Origin: Macrostomum hystrix
Taxonomy: Eukaryota > Animalia > Platyhelminthes
NCBI GenBank assembly: GCA_950097015.1
Contig: CATNEN010000001.1
Coordinates: 23,932,001-23,996,000 of the forward strand
Reading direction: 5' to 3'
Length of the DNA stretch: 64,000 bases
Shown in pieces: positions 47,914 through 60,544 of the stretch (its first letter is position 1; the number at the start of each line of letters is the position of its first letter). The notes under the pieces were generated by a model. The model searched no databases, was not told the origin of the DNA, and worked only from the letters and a program-made list of their open reading frames with translations. Position numbers and translations under genes: made by a program.

Positions 47914-50900
47914 CTACTGCTGCGCATTGTCAAGGAAGGAATATACTTCCGAATAATCTAACGGTGGCAGACAGTTGATGGCCGGTGCAGCAACACCAGC
48001 GTCTAGGGCATCGGCTTCAACAGAATTCAGAGCACGCTTGCGTTTCGATGACAGCTCTGAACAGAATTAGAAAGATGGTTGCTTGTGAAAGGCACAGATT
48101 TGCCGCGAGCCAAAACGGTTACAGACATTTTAAGCCACTCTTAAAGATGTGGCCTTGGTCTGGAACATTAACTTAATTAGTTATGGGGGCTCACACACTC
48201 TGACCCATGCCTGCCTCTCTGATTAGTTCACAACCTCTGACCCATGCCTGCCTCTCTGATTGGTTCACAACCTCTGACCCATGCCTGCCTCTCTGATTGG
48301 TTCACAACCTCTGACCCATGCCTGCCTCTCTGATTGGTTCACAAACTCTGACCCATGCCTGCCTCTTTGATTAGTTCACAACCTCTGACCCATGCCTGCC
48401 TCTCTGATTGGTTCACAAACTCTGACCCATGCCTGCCTCTTTGATTAGTTCACAACCTCTGACCCATGCCTGCCTCTCTGATTGGTTCACAAACTCTGAC
48501 CCATGCCTGCCTCTCTGATTGGTTCACAAACTCTGACCCATGCCAGGCCTCTCTGATTGGTTCACAACCTCTGACCCATGCCAGGCCTCTCTGATTGGTT
48601 CACAAACTCTGACCCATGCCAGGCCTCTCTGATTGGTTCACAACCTCTGACCCATGCCTGCCTCTCTGATTGGTTCACAAACTCTGACCCATGCCAGGCC
48701 TCTCTGATTGGTTCACAACCTCTGACCCATGCCAGGCCTCTCTGATTGGTTCACAAACTCTGACCCATGCCTGCCTCTCTGATTGGTTCACAAACTCTGA
48801 CCCATGCCAGGCCTCTCTGATTGGTTCACAACCTCTGACCCATGCCAGGCCTCTCTGATTGGTTCACAAACTCTGACCCATGCCAGGCCTCTCTGATTGG
48901 TTCACAAACTCTGACCCATGCCAGGCCTCTCTGATTGGTTCACGCGCTCTTACCCACGCCTGCCTCTCTGATTGACTCAAACTCTGTTACCCATTCATGC
49001 CGAACAGACATTGCTTGTTTTTTGGGGGAGACATTGTTTTTAGCTGCTGGTGGGAATTGTATGCATGTTTAGGACACCCAGGTGGTTCGCGAAATAGATT
49101 GCTGAGGGGAAAGTCAGTTGCATGAGTTGAAAATAACGCTTTTGATGGGATTATTAGCATAAGGCGGGGATTATTTAGATCTTAAATTTCTAGTCGAACA
49201 ACTAACCGTCATCGGAGCGCAAAAATCTATTGCCGCAGCGCTCGCACGAGTCGGTCAGGATGAGATCGTGCGAGCTGTCCACCCCGCTGCGCAGGTCAGC
49301 GACCGTCAGGACGATGTGAAGCCGCTCGCTATTATCGTAGGGGCTGTCAGCGATGCAGGTGCGAAAGTTGGGCGTGAAGATAACAAATAAGTGCTGCGGG
49401 GTTTCAAAAGATTAAATCACCGTGTTGCTGCGATGCGATTTACTTCACTTCGATTAAACCATAGCACAGCCGCATGACCTCTCCAGACAGGTGAACAGTG
49501 TACCATTCACACGATTCCCTGTACGGGCTGTGCCTTAATAACTAATATTGATATCTAGAGCACAAAAGTTACCTTCTTGATCTTATCGATCGGAACAATA
49601 AATCCCGACTCGGAGCCCTTCACGCACATGCTAACTTGATACTGGGCTTTGTCTTCGTCTGCAAATGTGAGAGAAGCATTGTTAATCGAATTGAATTTAC
49701 AAAATGCATTCCTAGATTGTAATCATCAGAGCATTATGAGCAGCTGGGGAGGAGGCATGAGCTTACGCGGCAGCGGGTCCCTGAAGTAAATCCACAGCTC
49801 TTGGCCTCCGCACATACTTCCCGTGTTCGGCAGCAGGGAGTCGATGCCCAGCTTCACGAGCAGTTCTGTTGACAATTTTGGTAAGCAAATGCATGCCGCT
49901 ATGGGCTCAATATGATTACAGAGGGTCGAAAAACTTGAGAAAATAGTGTTGTCTGGCTGTTGGTGCGCGTGCACTTAGATGGGAGGGTTAGCGCTGCCGA
50001 GTTCGTTCGCTTAGGGTGGTTGCACCCACCCCAACTTTGCCGTTAAATATATTGGCGTGAGCCAGTGAGGGCTCCTGGCGTGTTTTGTTATGTTCTACAA
50101 CTTAACCTACAGTCTTACAATACTAAAACAAATCCAAGCACACTCACTGATATCCTCGATGACGTCAGTATAGACAGCAGCAGCGGAGCTTTTCTGCGTA
50201 GTCCCCGTCTCGTCGATGTAGTACAACTCGAAGGCCAGTCGCACCCGGTTTAAATTTCTCGATGTGTATTTCACGTCCTTCGGATTCTCTGCAAGATGAG
50301 TACAGTACAGTTATTTGTACCTGACACATTGAGTCTAAGTAGCCTACTCACTATTAAAAGGGTTGAAGCCGACTTCGTTGCGTTTCTCAACTGCCGCAGC
50401 CAACTTCTGACCCATTTTTCCGGCGCAAATTAGCGACACTTTTTCCAGACTGAAATTGTGATAAACATTGAGATTTTCGTGGCTTTTGTTTTCTAATCTA
50501 TGTAATCTATTCCTAAGACTGAATATTTGTTTGTTTACAAATATTTGGAAGCTCTGCACAATGACAGTGCCTGTGCTTCTGCTAGCACTCATAATACACA
50601 CAAACCTGATAGTCATTTCCGAAGTTGTCACGACGCGTCTAAAGGAAAACAAGCCGCTTCCGTCGCAGTTGTCGCCCACCATAAAGTAGGGATGGGGGTA
50701 CAGTTCCGGACTGAAAGTGCCTCCGATGAGGAGTATCTCCCGCTGCCTGCTGGGGTCCAGGCCGGCAACGCGAATCCTCACGCAGCTGTTCTTGCTGCCA
50801 CTGCGGCCGTAGAGCAGGCCGCCAAGACGGTTGCCCGGAGCCTCTGATTCGTAGCGAAATCTATGATGCGTGACTGGCTGTTCCAGCACAGAGATGGACA

Positions 50901-50943
50901 GCTCGCTGTGCGCCAGTAAGAACTGACTCACTGGTGCCGACAT
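47914..50943 (-). CDS. Rel/NF-kB-like gene 2, RHD+IPT+NLS, ~363 aa (exons 50943-50606, 50449-50352, 50288-50148, 49865-49767, 49658-49573, 49393-49207, 48056-47914)
   Basis: LEQPVTHHRFRYESE, PHPYFMVGDNCDGSG, NLNRVRLAFELY...VYTDVIED, IPT GSMCGGQELWIY and last exon ELSSKRKR. All junctions are GT-AG and in phase. Confidence 0.85.
48198..48975. repeat. 37-bp minisatellite in Rel-2 intron 6
   Basis: ctctgacccatgcctgcctctctgattggttcacaa(c/a), about 21 copies; most units contain an inverted CCAAT (CTGATTGG). Confidence 0.95.
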
Positions 50944-51010
50944 GCTCCGATTGTTCCTGCTAGCCCGACTCGCTCACTCACCGGCTCAAAAGCTGCAAGG
51001 AACATTTTAG

Positions 51011-52362
51011 GGAGAGGTCCGGAGTTTGAATCTCTTCCAAAGACTCTTGAAAGAGAGGTCCGGAGTTCGAATATCTAACCTAGAATCCTGAATGAGAGGT
51101 CCGGAGTTCGAATCTCTTCCAAAGAGATTCCAAATACTCTCGAAGAAGAGGTCCCGAGTTTGAATCTCTGCTCTAGACTCTTAACGTAGCGGTCCGGAAT
51201 TCCAATCTCTTCCAAAGAGTCCTGAAGGTGAGGTCCGGAGTTCAAATCTCTAACCTATACTCCTGAATGAGAAGTTCAGAGTTCGAATCTCTACCCTCGA
51301 CACCCGAAGAAGAGGTCCGGAGTTCGAATCTCTGCTCTAGACTCTTAACGTAGCGGTCCGGAATTCCAATCTCTTCCAAAGAGTCCTGAAGGTGAGGTCC
51401 GGAGTTCAAATCTCTAACCTATACTCCTGAATGAGAAGTTCAGAGTTCGAATCTCTACCCTCGACACCCGAAGAAGAGGTCCGGAGTTCGAATCTCTACC
51501 CTCGACACCCGAAGAAGAGGTCCGGAGTTCGAATCTCTACCCTCGACACCCGAAGAAGAGGTCCGGAGTTCGAATCTCTACCCTCGACACCCGAAGAAGA
51601 GGTCCGGAGTTCGAATCTCTACCCTCGACACCCGAAGAAGAGGTCCGGAGTTCGAATCTCTACCCTCGACACCCGAAGAAGAGGTCCGGAGTTCGAATCT
51701 CTACCCTCGACACCCGAAGAAGAGGTCCGGAGTTCGAATCTCTACCCTCGACACCCGAAGAAGAGGTCCGGAGTTCGAATCTCTACCCTCGACACCCGAA
51801 GAAGAGGTCCGGAGTTCGAATCTCTACCCTCGACACCCGAAGAAGAGGTCCGGAGTTCGAATCTCTACCCTCGACACCCGAAGAAGAGGTCCGGAGTTCG
51901 AATCTCTACCCTCGACACCCGAAGAAGAGGTCCGGAGTTCGAATCTCTACCCTCGACACCCGAAGAAGAGGTCCGGAGTTCGAATCTCTACCCTCGACAC
52001 CCGAAGAAGAGGTCCGGAGTTCGAATCTCTACCCTCGACACCCGAAGAAGAGGTCCGGAGTTCGAATCTCTACCCTCGACACCCGAAGAAGAGGTCCGGA
52101 GTTCGAATCTCTACCCTCGACACCCGAAGAAGAGGTCCGGAGTTCGAATCTCTACCCTCGAAACCCGAAGAAGAGGTCCGGAGTTCGAATCTCTACCCTC
52201 GACACCCGAAGAAGAGGTCCGGAGTTCGAATCTCTACCCTCGACACCCGAAGAAGAGGTCCGGAGTTCGAATCTCTACCCTCGACACCCGAAGAAGAGGT
52301 CCGGAGTTCGAATCTCTACCCTCGACACCTGAAGAAGAGGTCCGGAGTTCGAATCTCTACCC
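51011..52362. repeat. 41-bp minisatellite with a tRNA T-arm/B-box-like core, immediately upstream of the Rel-2 ATG
   Basis: gaagaagaggtccggagttcgaatctctaccctcgacaccc, near-perfect from ~51440 and degenerate over 51011-51440. Confidence 0.95.
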
Positions 52363-53121
52363 GAGAGATTCACGTAGCTGTAAAATGCCAGCATTAGATG
52401 GGGTAGAAAAGCGGTTTTTTTGGCCCACGCAGCTTCTGACTGAGCAGCAGCGACTGTGACATTGGCTCAAACATTTAGACCTGATTGGGTCAGGCGAAGT
52501 TAATTAATATTTCCAAAAGATGCATTGGTTGCCAGCCCAACCCACTAAATCTCCAATATAACCTCCTGATTAACGTTATTTACACAGACCAGCCACTTGT
52601 TTTCTAAGTATATAATATGCAAAGAAGACACAGCTTATCTTTTCAATAATGACAGAATTTTACTGACAGAAAATGTGGTTTATTTTGTTTACAGAAATGT
52701 AACAGTAAAAATGTAAAACGATCTCAAATTTCAGAGAGATAGCCTGACAACAGTACGTATAATGCTTATCCAAACAACAAAGTTATTTTCTTAGTTAATT
52801 AATACAAAAATCCAGGTTGAACATATTGAAACACTATAGTTCAAATTTGAATTATCATTAAGTTACAGTTTTCAAGCAATCGCTAAAAATGACGCCAGTA
52901 TAACAATAACAATAGAACAAAGATAAGAAAATACAAAATACAATTTAATTGCTTCTCAAATGATGACAAACTCCTTTATCTAACTGGTTAACACAAGTGC
53001 ACACAACTCACACAGATCCGAGCATAAACTACTCAAAATTAAGAAGACAACAAAGGACAAAAGGGGGAAAAGGTGAGTCAAGTTGAAAAATGAAACATAA
53101 ACACCAGTTATCAAATGAAAC

Positions 53122-56100
53122 TTAACCAAATGTGCTCAGCAAGTCGTCCATACTAACCTCCGGCTTGTGAGTCGGCATAACTCGCTTGCGCTTCTGCGGG
53201 GCTTCTGCGAAATGCGGATCAGTGCCTAATCAGCTTTCAGCAACATCAGAATACCTACACCTGTGATCTACACCTGTGATGAGTATCTACACCTGTGATC
53301 TACACCTGTGATGATTATCTACACCTGTGATGAATATCTACACCTGTGATGATTATCTACACCTGTGATGAATATCTACACCTGTGACGAATCTATCTAC
53401 ACCTGTGATCTACACATGTGAAGAGTATCTACACCTGTCATGAATATCTACACCTGTGATGAGTATCTACACCTGTGATGAGTATCTACACCTGTGATGA
53501 GTATCTACACCTGTGATGAGTATATACACCTTTCATGAATATCTACACCTGTGATGAGTATCTACACCTGTCATGAATATCTACACCTGTGATGAGTATC
53601 TACACCTGTCATGAATATCTACACCTGTGATAAATATATCTACACTTCTTATCAATATCTACACTTCTTATCAATATCTACACTTCTTATCAATATCTAC
53701 ACTTCTTATCAATATCTACACTTCTTATCAATATCTACACTTCTTATCAATATCTACACCTGTGATAAATATCAAATAATATAGTTGAGAAGCAATAAAC
53801 AAACCTATAAGATACAGGTCTGGCTCTTGCTGTGACTGCACCAGTATAATATCTCTTTGGTCGGAAATTTCATTTTTTGTGTCCGTTATCACCAGATGGC
53901 ATTTTAGTCGCTCGTTGCTGTCATCTAAGAATGCTGAAGCATCGGGCTTGTTCACAATGAGCAGGTGCTGTGGAAGTGGAACACAGCCAAAAGGTTAATT
54001 ATTTGAAGAGTTGAAGCCACCAAACCGACTGAATTCGCTATTTAGAAGTATAAAATAATTTACCTTTCTGACACACTTTACAGTGCAGGGGCAGGTGCCG
54101 TGACCTGCTGTTAACATCTCAGCTTTAAATAAATGCTGATCCGTGTCTGAAAATATAGAGGGACATTGGTTAAATGTGTACTGGTCATGGATAGTGACAT
54201 GGAAGGTCATGGATAGTGACAGGGAAGGTCATGGATAGTAACAGGGAAGGTCATGGATAGTGACAGGGAAGGTCATGAGATAGTGACAGCGAAAGTCATG
54301 GATAGTGACAGGGAAGGTCATGGATTGTGACAGGGAAGGTCATGGATAGTGACAGGGAAGGTCATGGATTGTGACAGGGAAGGTCATGAGATAGTGACAG
54401 GGAAAGTCATGGATAGTGACAGGGAAGGTCATGGATTGTGACAGGGAAGGTCATGGATAGTGACAGGGAAGGTCATAGATACTGACAGGGAAAGTCATGG
54501 ATAGTGACAGGGAAGGTCATGGATTGTGACAGGGAAAGTCATGGATACTGACAGGGAAGGTCATGGATAGTGACAGGGAAAGTCATGGATTGTGACAGGG
54601 AAGGTCATAGATACTGACAGGGAAGGTCATAGATACTGACAGGGAAGGTCATAGATACTGACAGGGAAGGTCATAGATACTGACAGGGAAGGTCATGGAT
54701 TGTGACAGGGAAGGTCATAGATACTGACAGGGAAGGTCATAGATACTGACAGGGAAGGTCATAGATACTGACAGGGAAGGTCATGGATTGTGACAGGGAA
54801 GGTCATGGATAGTGAGAGGGAAAGTCATAGATACTGACAGGGAAGGTCATGGATTGTGTCAGGGAAGGTCATGGATTGTGAGAGGGAAGGTCATGGATTG
54901 TGAGAGGGAAGGTCATGGATAGTGACAAGAAAGGTCATGGATTGTGAGAGGGAAAGTCATAGATACTGACATGGAAGGTCATGGATTGTGACAGGGAAAG
55001 TCATGGATTGTGACACGGAAAGTCATGGATAGTGACAAGGAAGGTCATGTACAAGAGCATCTTTAGCAGTAGTTACACATGAGCAATGAGCCAAGAACAA
55101 ACTCACGCGGCAATGCCTCTTCAAAGTAGATCCAGATTTCCTGGGATCCGTGGAAGCAGACTTGATTAGGATGAATATCGAATATTCCCAATTTTGCCTG
55201 CTGCCCTAAAAAAAGAAACAAATATTCTAAAAAACCGGCCCCGAAAAAATCGATACAAGGCTTACTACAACTTACTGAAATCATTGATCACATCAGATCT
55301 GACAATGGCGTCAGTGGGCACTGGCTGGTCGGTAAAGTCGGTAAAGAATAATTGAAAAACAAGGCGCACCGATTTCAGATTGCGGGAATTATACCTGGCG
55401 TCGTCCATGTTCTCTGGAAGAAAAGCGAAAAACTATTAGCAATGCGAGCTTATGCTTCACAATGCACTGCTATCCTCCAGATTCATAAGCTGCAACTCAC
55501 TTTTAAACGGATTGAAGTTGATCTTCTTTCTGTTGTCAATGGCCTCCTGCAGCTTGGAGCCCTTGGTTGACACGCAGACAATTGACACCTTCTCCAGCCT
55601 GCAACAATGACGGAGTGGAGCATTGGGGGAGCATTGGGGTGGAGCACTGCAGGATCTGATAGCATTGGAGCAGAAACTACTGCAGTATCTGATAGCATTG
55701 GAGCAGAAACTACTGCAGTATCTGATAGCATTGGAGCAGAACCTACTGCAGGATCTGATAGCATTGGAGCAGAACCTACAGCAGTATCTGATAGCATTGG
55801 AGCAGAACCTACTGCAGTATCTGATAGCAGTGGAGCAGAACCTACTGCAGTATCTGATAGCATTGGAGCAGAACCTACTGCAGTATCTGATAGCATTGGA
55901 GCAGATCCTACTGCAGTATCTCATAGCAGTGGAGCAGAACCTACTGCAGTATCTGATAGCATTGGAGCAGAACCTACTGCAGGATCTGATAGCATTGGAG
56001 CAGAACCTACTGCAGTATCTGATAGCATTGGAGCAGAACCTACTGCAGTATCTGATAGCATTGGAGCAGAACCTACTGCAGGATCTGATAGCATTGGAGC

Positions 56101-57881
56101 AGAACCTACTGCAGTATCTGATAGCATTGGAGCAGAACCTACTGCAGGATCTGATAGCATTGGAGCAGAACCTACTGCAGTATCTGATAGCATTGGAGCA
56201 GAACCTACTGCAGGATCTGATAGCAGTGGAGCAGAACCTACTGCAGGATCTGATAGCATTGGAGCAGAACCTACTGCAGGATCTGATAGCATTGGAGCAG
56301 AACCTACTGCAGTATCTGATAGCATTGGAGCAGAACCTACTGCAGTATCTGATAGCATTGGAGCAGAACCTACTGCAGGATCTGATAGCATTGGAGCAGA
56401 ACCTACTGCAGTATCTGATAGCATTGGAGCAGAACCTACTGCAGGATCTGATAGCATTGGAGCAGAACCTACTGCAGTATCTGATAGCATTGGAGCAGAT
56501 CCTACTGCAGTATCTCATAGCATTGGAGCAGAACCTACTGCAGGATCTGATAGCATTGGAGCAGAACCTACAGCAGTATCTGATAGCATTGGAGCAGAAC
56601 CTACTGCAGTATCTGATAGCAGTGGAGCAGAACCTACTGCAGTATCTGATAGCATTGGAGCAGAACCTACTGCAGTATCTGATAGCATTGGAGCAGATCC
56701 TACTGCAGTATCTCATAGCAGTGGAGCAGAACCTACTGCAGTATCTGATAGCATTGGAGCAGAACCTACTGCAGGATCTGATAGCATTGGAGCAGAACCT
56801 ACTGCAGTATCTGATAGCATTGGAGCAGAACCTACTGCAGTATCTGATAGCATTGGAGCAGATCCTACTGCAGTATCTCATAGCAGTGGAGCAGAACCTA
56901 CTGCAGTATCTGATAGCATTGGAGCAGAACCTACTGCAGTATCTGATAGCATTGGAGCAGATCCTACTGCAGTATCTCATAGCAGTGGAGCAGAACCTAC
57001 TGCAGTATCTGATAGCATTGGAGCAGAACCTACTGCAGGATCTGATAGCATTGGAGCAGAACCTACTGCAGTATCTGATAGCATTGGAGCAGAACCTACT
57101 GCAGGATCTGATAGCATTGGAGCAGAACCTACTGCAGTATCTGATAGCATTGGAGCAGATCCTACTGCAGTATCTCATAGCATTGGAGCAGAACCTACTG
57201 CAGTATCTGATAGCATTGGAGCAGAACCTACAGCAGTATCTGATAGCATTGGAGCAGAACCTACTGCAGTATCTGATAGCAGTGGAGCAGAACCTACTGC
57301 AGTATCTGATAGCATTGGAGCAGATCCTACTGCAGTATCTCATAGCAGTGGAGCAGAACCTACTGCAGTATCTGATAGCATTGGAGCAGAACCTACTGCA
57401 GGATCTGATAGCATTGGAGCAGAACCTACTGCAGTATCTGATAGCATTGGAGCAGAACCTACTGCAGTATCTGATAGCATTGGAGCAGATCCTACTGCAG
57501 TATCTCATAGCAGTGGAGCAGAACCTACTGCAGTATCTGATAGCATTGGAGCAGAACCTACTGAACCTACGGAACTCACGAGATCTCAAACTCTCCCTTT
57601 CCACCGAGAGAGTCAGTGTCCTTCTTAACCTGGAAGGCTCCATTGCTGCAGTTGTCGCCAACCATGAAGAACGGGTGCGGGTACAGGTCGGGGTTGACTG
57701 TGCCGCCAATCACTATCACGGTCTTGTGCACAGCTGGATCAATACCCCAGACGCGCAGTCTGACATAGCTTTTGCTGCCATGACGACCGTAGAGAAGGCC
57801 GCCCAGTTTTCCGCCGGACACCTCGGTCTCATACCGGAATCGGTGATAATCGGATGGCTGCTCGATAAATTCAATTTTCAT
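53122..57881 (-). CDS. Rel/NF-kB-like gene 3 (exons ~57881-57580, 55598-55501, 55413-55276, 55205-55107, 54146-54064, 53967-53805, 53204-53122)
   Basis: IEQPSDYHRFRYETE, PHPFFMVGDNCSNGAF, NLKSVRLVFQLF...RSDVIND, HGSQEIWIYF and last exon EAPQKRKR. Exon phases match Rel-2 and sizes are the same or similar (98-nt and 99-nt exons identical). Confidence 0.85.
53255..53765. repeat. ~19-20 bp minisatellite in Rel-3 intron 6
   Basis: tatctacacctgtgatga(g/a) and tatctacacttcttatcaa units. Confidence 0.92.
54183..55050. repeat. 22-bp minisatellite in Rel-3 intron 4
   Basis: gtcatggatagtgacagggaag, about 39 copies. Confidence 0.95.
55640..57570. repeat. 30-bp minisatellite filling the Rel-3 intron 55599-57579
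   Basis: tctgatagcattggagcagaacctactgcagta-type unit, about 64 copies, bounded by a GTGAGT donor at 57579 and a TTGCAG acceptor at 55599. Confidence 0.97.
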
Positions 57882-58758
57882 TGAAGTTGCTGTCGGTGTG
57901 TTTGCTGAATCGATTGTTGTGTAGGGTTACATAGCGCAAACTACATTCCATTAAAGCTACAGCCTTCACTGAATCACTGCCAGTAGAGATGTAAAAAATA
58001 ACTGTAAAAATCATGCATCTGTCATCTCTCACATCTAATAAAAACGAATACTAACCTTAAGTCGTGTATATTGGACGACACCCCGTAAACATATGTATGT
58101 AATACATACTTATCGAGTATTTCCCTTTACTGCCACTATTAGTAGAGTAGTTAGGACGTGCAAATACCCAACAAATTACCAATATTATCGATCGGGTCAT
58201 CTTTCCTTTTTTTGCTAAATATAAGTACATGCAGACAATAAGCCTTCAAACTTTTACTGGGATTCATTAACACCAAATAGTTTGTTATTTTGTTTGTTCC
58301 CACAATTACCCTGACTTTCTCATTGTCCAGCAGTCTAAACTATCGCTGTACTTTGGAGCTAGGCCCCCTAAAACGAACTGTAGCTTAGAAAATAAAACAA
58401 AGAAGTAAAACAAAAGTTTAATGATCTCACACTGGACAAAAAAATTATAGAAGAATTGTACAATTTTTTAGTTTTTACTTTGGCGCAAATAGAGAAATAG
58501 CAATATGTAACATGTCTTCGGAGTTAATCACGGGTTTTGAGTATAGCCTTGAGCACAAAATGTCTCAATAATTTGCCGAAATATAAACAATCCTATGTGT
58601 AAACATTATTCGTGTATGTATCTATCAAAAAGTTTATTTATTTGACTATATCGTTTTTCTTTATCTTTATTAAACATATTCACGTGACGCAATGAAAAAA
58701 GCTTGCGGGGGAGCAGCGCCAGCCAATGAGATCGAAACGCATAAATGGATAGCGTAAG

Positions 58759-59212
58759 GAGCCTGTGGTGGGCGTCACTAGCCAATGAGAGCAAAGCGCG
58801 TATTCGGGTGACGTGACAAAATGAGCCTGTGGTGGGCGGCACTAGCCAATGAGAGCAAAGCGCGTATTCGGGTGACGTGACAAAATGAGCCTGTGGTGGG
58901 CGGCACTAGCCAATGAGAGCAAAGCGCGTATTCGGGTGACGTGACAAAATGAGCCTGTGGTGGGCGTCACTAGCCAATGAGGGCAAAGCGCGTATTCGGG
59001 TGACGTGACAAAATGAGCCTGTGGTGGGCGGCACTAGCCAATGAGAGCAAAGCGCGTATTCGGGTGACGTGACAAAATGAGCCTGTGGTAGGCGGCACTA
59101 GCCAATGAGAGCAAAGCGCGTATTCGGGTGACGTGACAAAATGAGCCTGTGGTGGGCGGCACTAGCCAATGAGAGCTAAGCGCGTATTCGGGTGATGTGA
59201 CAAAATGAGCCT
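58759..59212. promoter_or_regulatory. 64-bp tandem repeat of a promoter-like module (GC box, CCAAT box, CRE/ATF half-site) upstream of Rel-3
   Basis: About 7 units of gagcctgtggtGGGCGGcactAGCCAATGAGagcaaagcgcgtattcggGTGACGTgacaaaat; single-copy CACGTGACG and AGCCAATGAG lie adjacent at 58680-58730. Confidence 0.55.
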
Positions 59213-59452
59213 GGGAGCATTGGCTTGCCGTCGGAACATTTGTGCAAGCAACTATGTATACAATGGAAACAAATAAGTAAGTGAAAAGTACTTGTAAACT
59301 TCAAAATATCAGGCATCAAGGAAAACTATTTCAAGGCCACCTGAAGTGATAGAAATAGACGATATACTTCAGTGAACTCGTTATTTTTTCACGAATATTG
59401 TAGCTGAAAATGTAGCACTTGCAGTGTCTCCAAAGCCAGCGAGTGTTGTCAG

Positions 59453-60471
59453 CTACCGAGTTCTTTTACTCAGCGGTTCTGGAAAGATTTAATACCCTTA
59501 TTGTGCCGCGACTATCACATTGAGCCGAATCACAGTCATTGCTTACTCTGAGACGAATCGGGTACCGGAGTGTTCCATATGTCCCAGAGCTGAGTTGGAT
59601 TGCTGACCAACACGATTGGACACTGACTATCGATGCCATTCATTTTATCTTCGACTACCAAATCAGCTGACAGGCGTTCATTGCCAACATCGAAGACTTC
59701 AGGCTTAGTGACGATGATCAGATGCTGCGGGTGTGATGCAAAGTGTATCACAAAAGCGTATAGGGATCGAACTGAACTGATCGAAGCTGTTAACAACCTG
59801 AACACACCTTCTTGACTGCTGCCACAGGGCAACCAAAGCACTTATCGGCAGCACAAATCTTGACTGCATAATCCGCTGCCCGAGTGTCTAGAATTGCAAA
59901 GAAAAAAAAACCGATTGAATAAATAAATAAACCAATTAATAGACCAGGTGATTGATTAATTAGTCACTACTGACGCGGTAATTCGATGTCAAAATAGATC
60001 CAGATCCTCGCTAGGCCGTTGACGTGAACCTCTTTCGGTAGGCATTCAAATATGCTCAGTTGGTTTTCTATAAATTAATATATTATGTTAGTATGGAACA
60101 AGTCAAAGGATTACGGTTCTGATTTTCTTCACATAAACACAAGACACTATATTACGTGTGATTAAATCAGTGACAGCGATGGCATTAGTTGGTCGTATGC
60201 AGCCATCTAGACTTTCGTAGAAAACTTGAAAGGCCAGGCGAACAGTACTTAGTTCTCTCTTGTGCTCACATGAATAATTTAGTTGGGAAATTTCCTCTGG
60301 AATTCATTTGGGATACACAATAGAACAGCCAAACATATAAGTGTTCCGGCAACTATTTGTCACAATATTTGAACCTCACTGTTGAATGGGCTGAATTTGA
60401 TTTTGTCTCGTCGGTCGACAGCCTCCTTTAAATTATCAAATTTTACACGAACCAGCGACACATTTTCGAGT
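59453..60471 (-). CDS. Rel/NF-kB-like gene 4, exons 2-7 (exon 1 lies beyond the window)
   Basis: LENVSLVRVKFDNLKEAVDRRDKIKFSPFN; ELSTVRLAFQVFY...AVTDLIT; NGLARIWIYFDIELP; HLIIVTKP; terminal KPLSKRTR*. Same exon pattern as Rel-2/3. Confidence 0.8.
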
Positions 60472-60544
60472 CTGGTTGGTGGCAAGGATTGGAGGAGAGT
60501 TGGTTCAATGATACACCGATTATGAGGTGATTACTTGGCTTGAT

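Noticed and set aside
51431-52459. 342-aa repetitive ORF, or a CRISPR-like array
   Set aside because: The 41-bp unit cycles through all three frames. Units are head-to-tail with no unique spacers, there are no cas genes, and the context is eukaryotic.
55457-57884. Three long ORFs (673-753 aa: CSRFCSNAIRY, SDSIGAEPTAV, LIALEQNLLQY repeats)
   Set aside because: Artefacts of a stop-poor 30-bp minisatellite lying between the donor and acceptor of a Rel-3 intron whose position is conserved in the paralogs.
60285-60295. kB-like GGGAAATTTCC in a Rel-4 exon (and scattered GGGRNNYYCC-like hits elsewhere)
   Set aside because: Within coding sequence and expected by chance in 64 kb; no enrichment demonstrable by eye.
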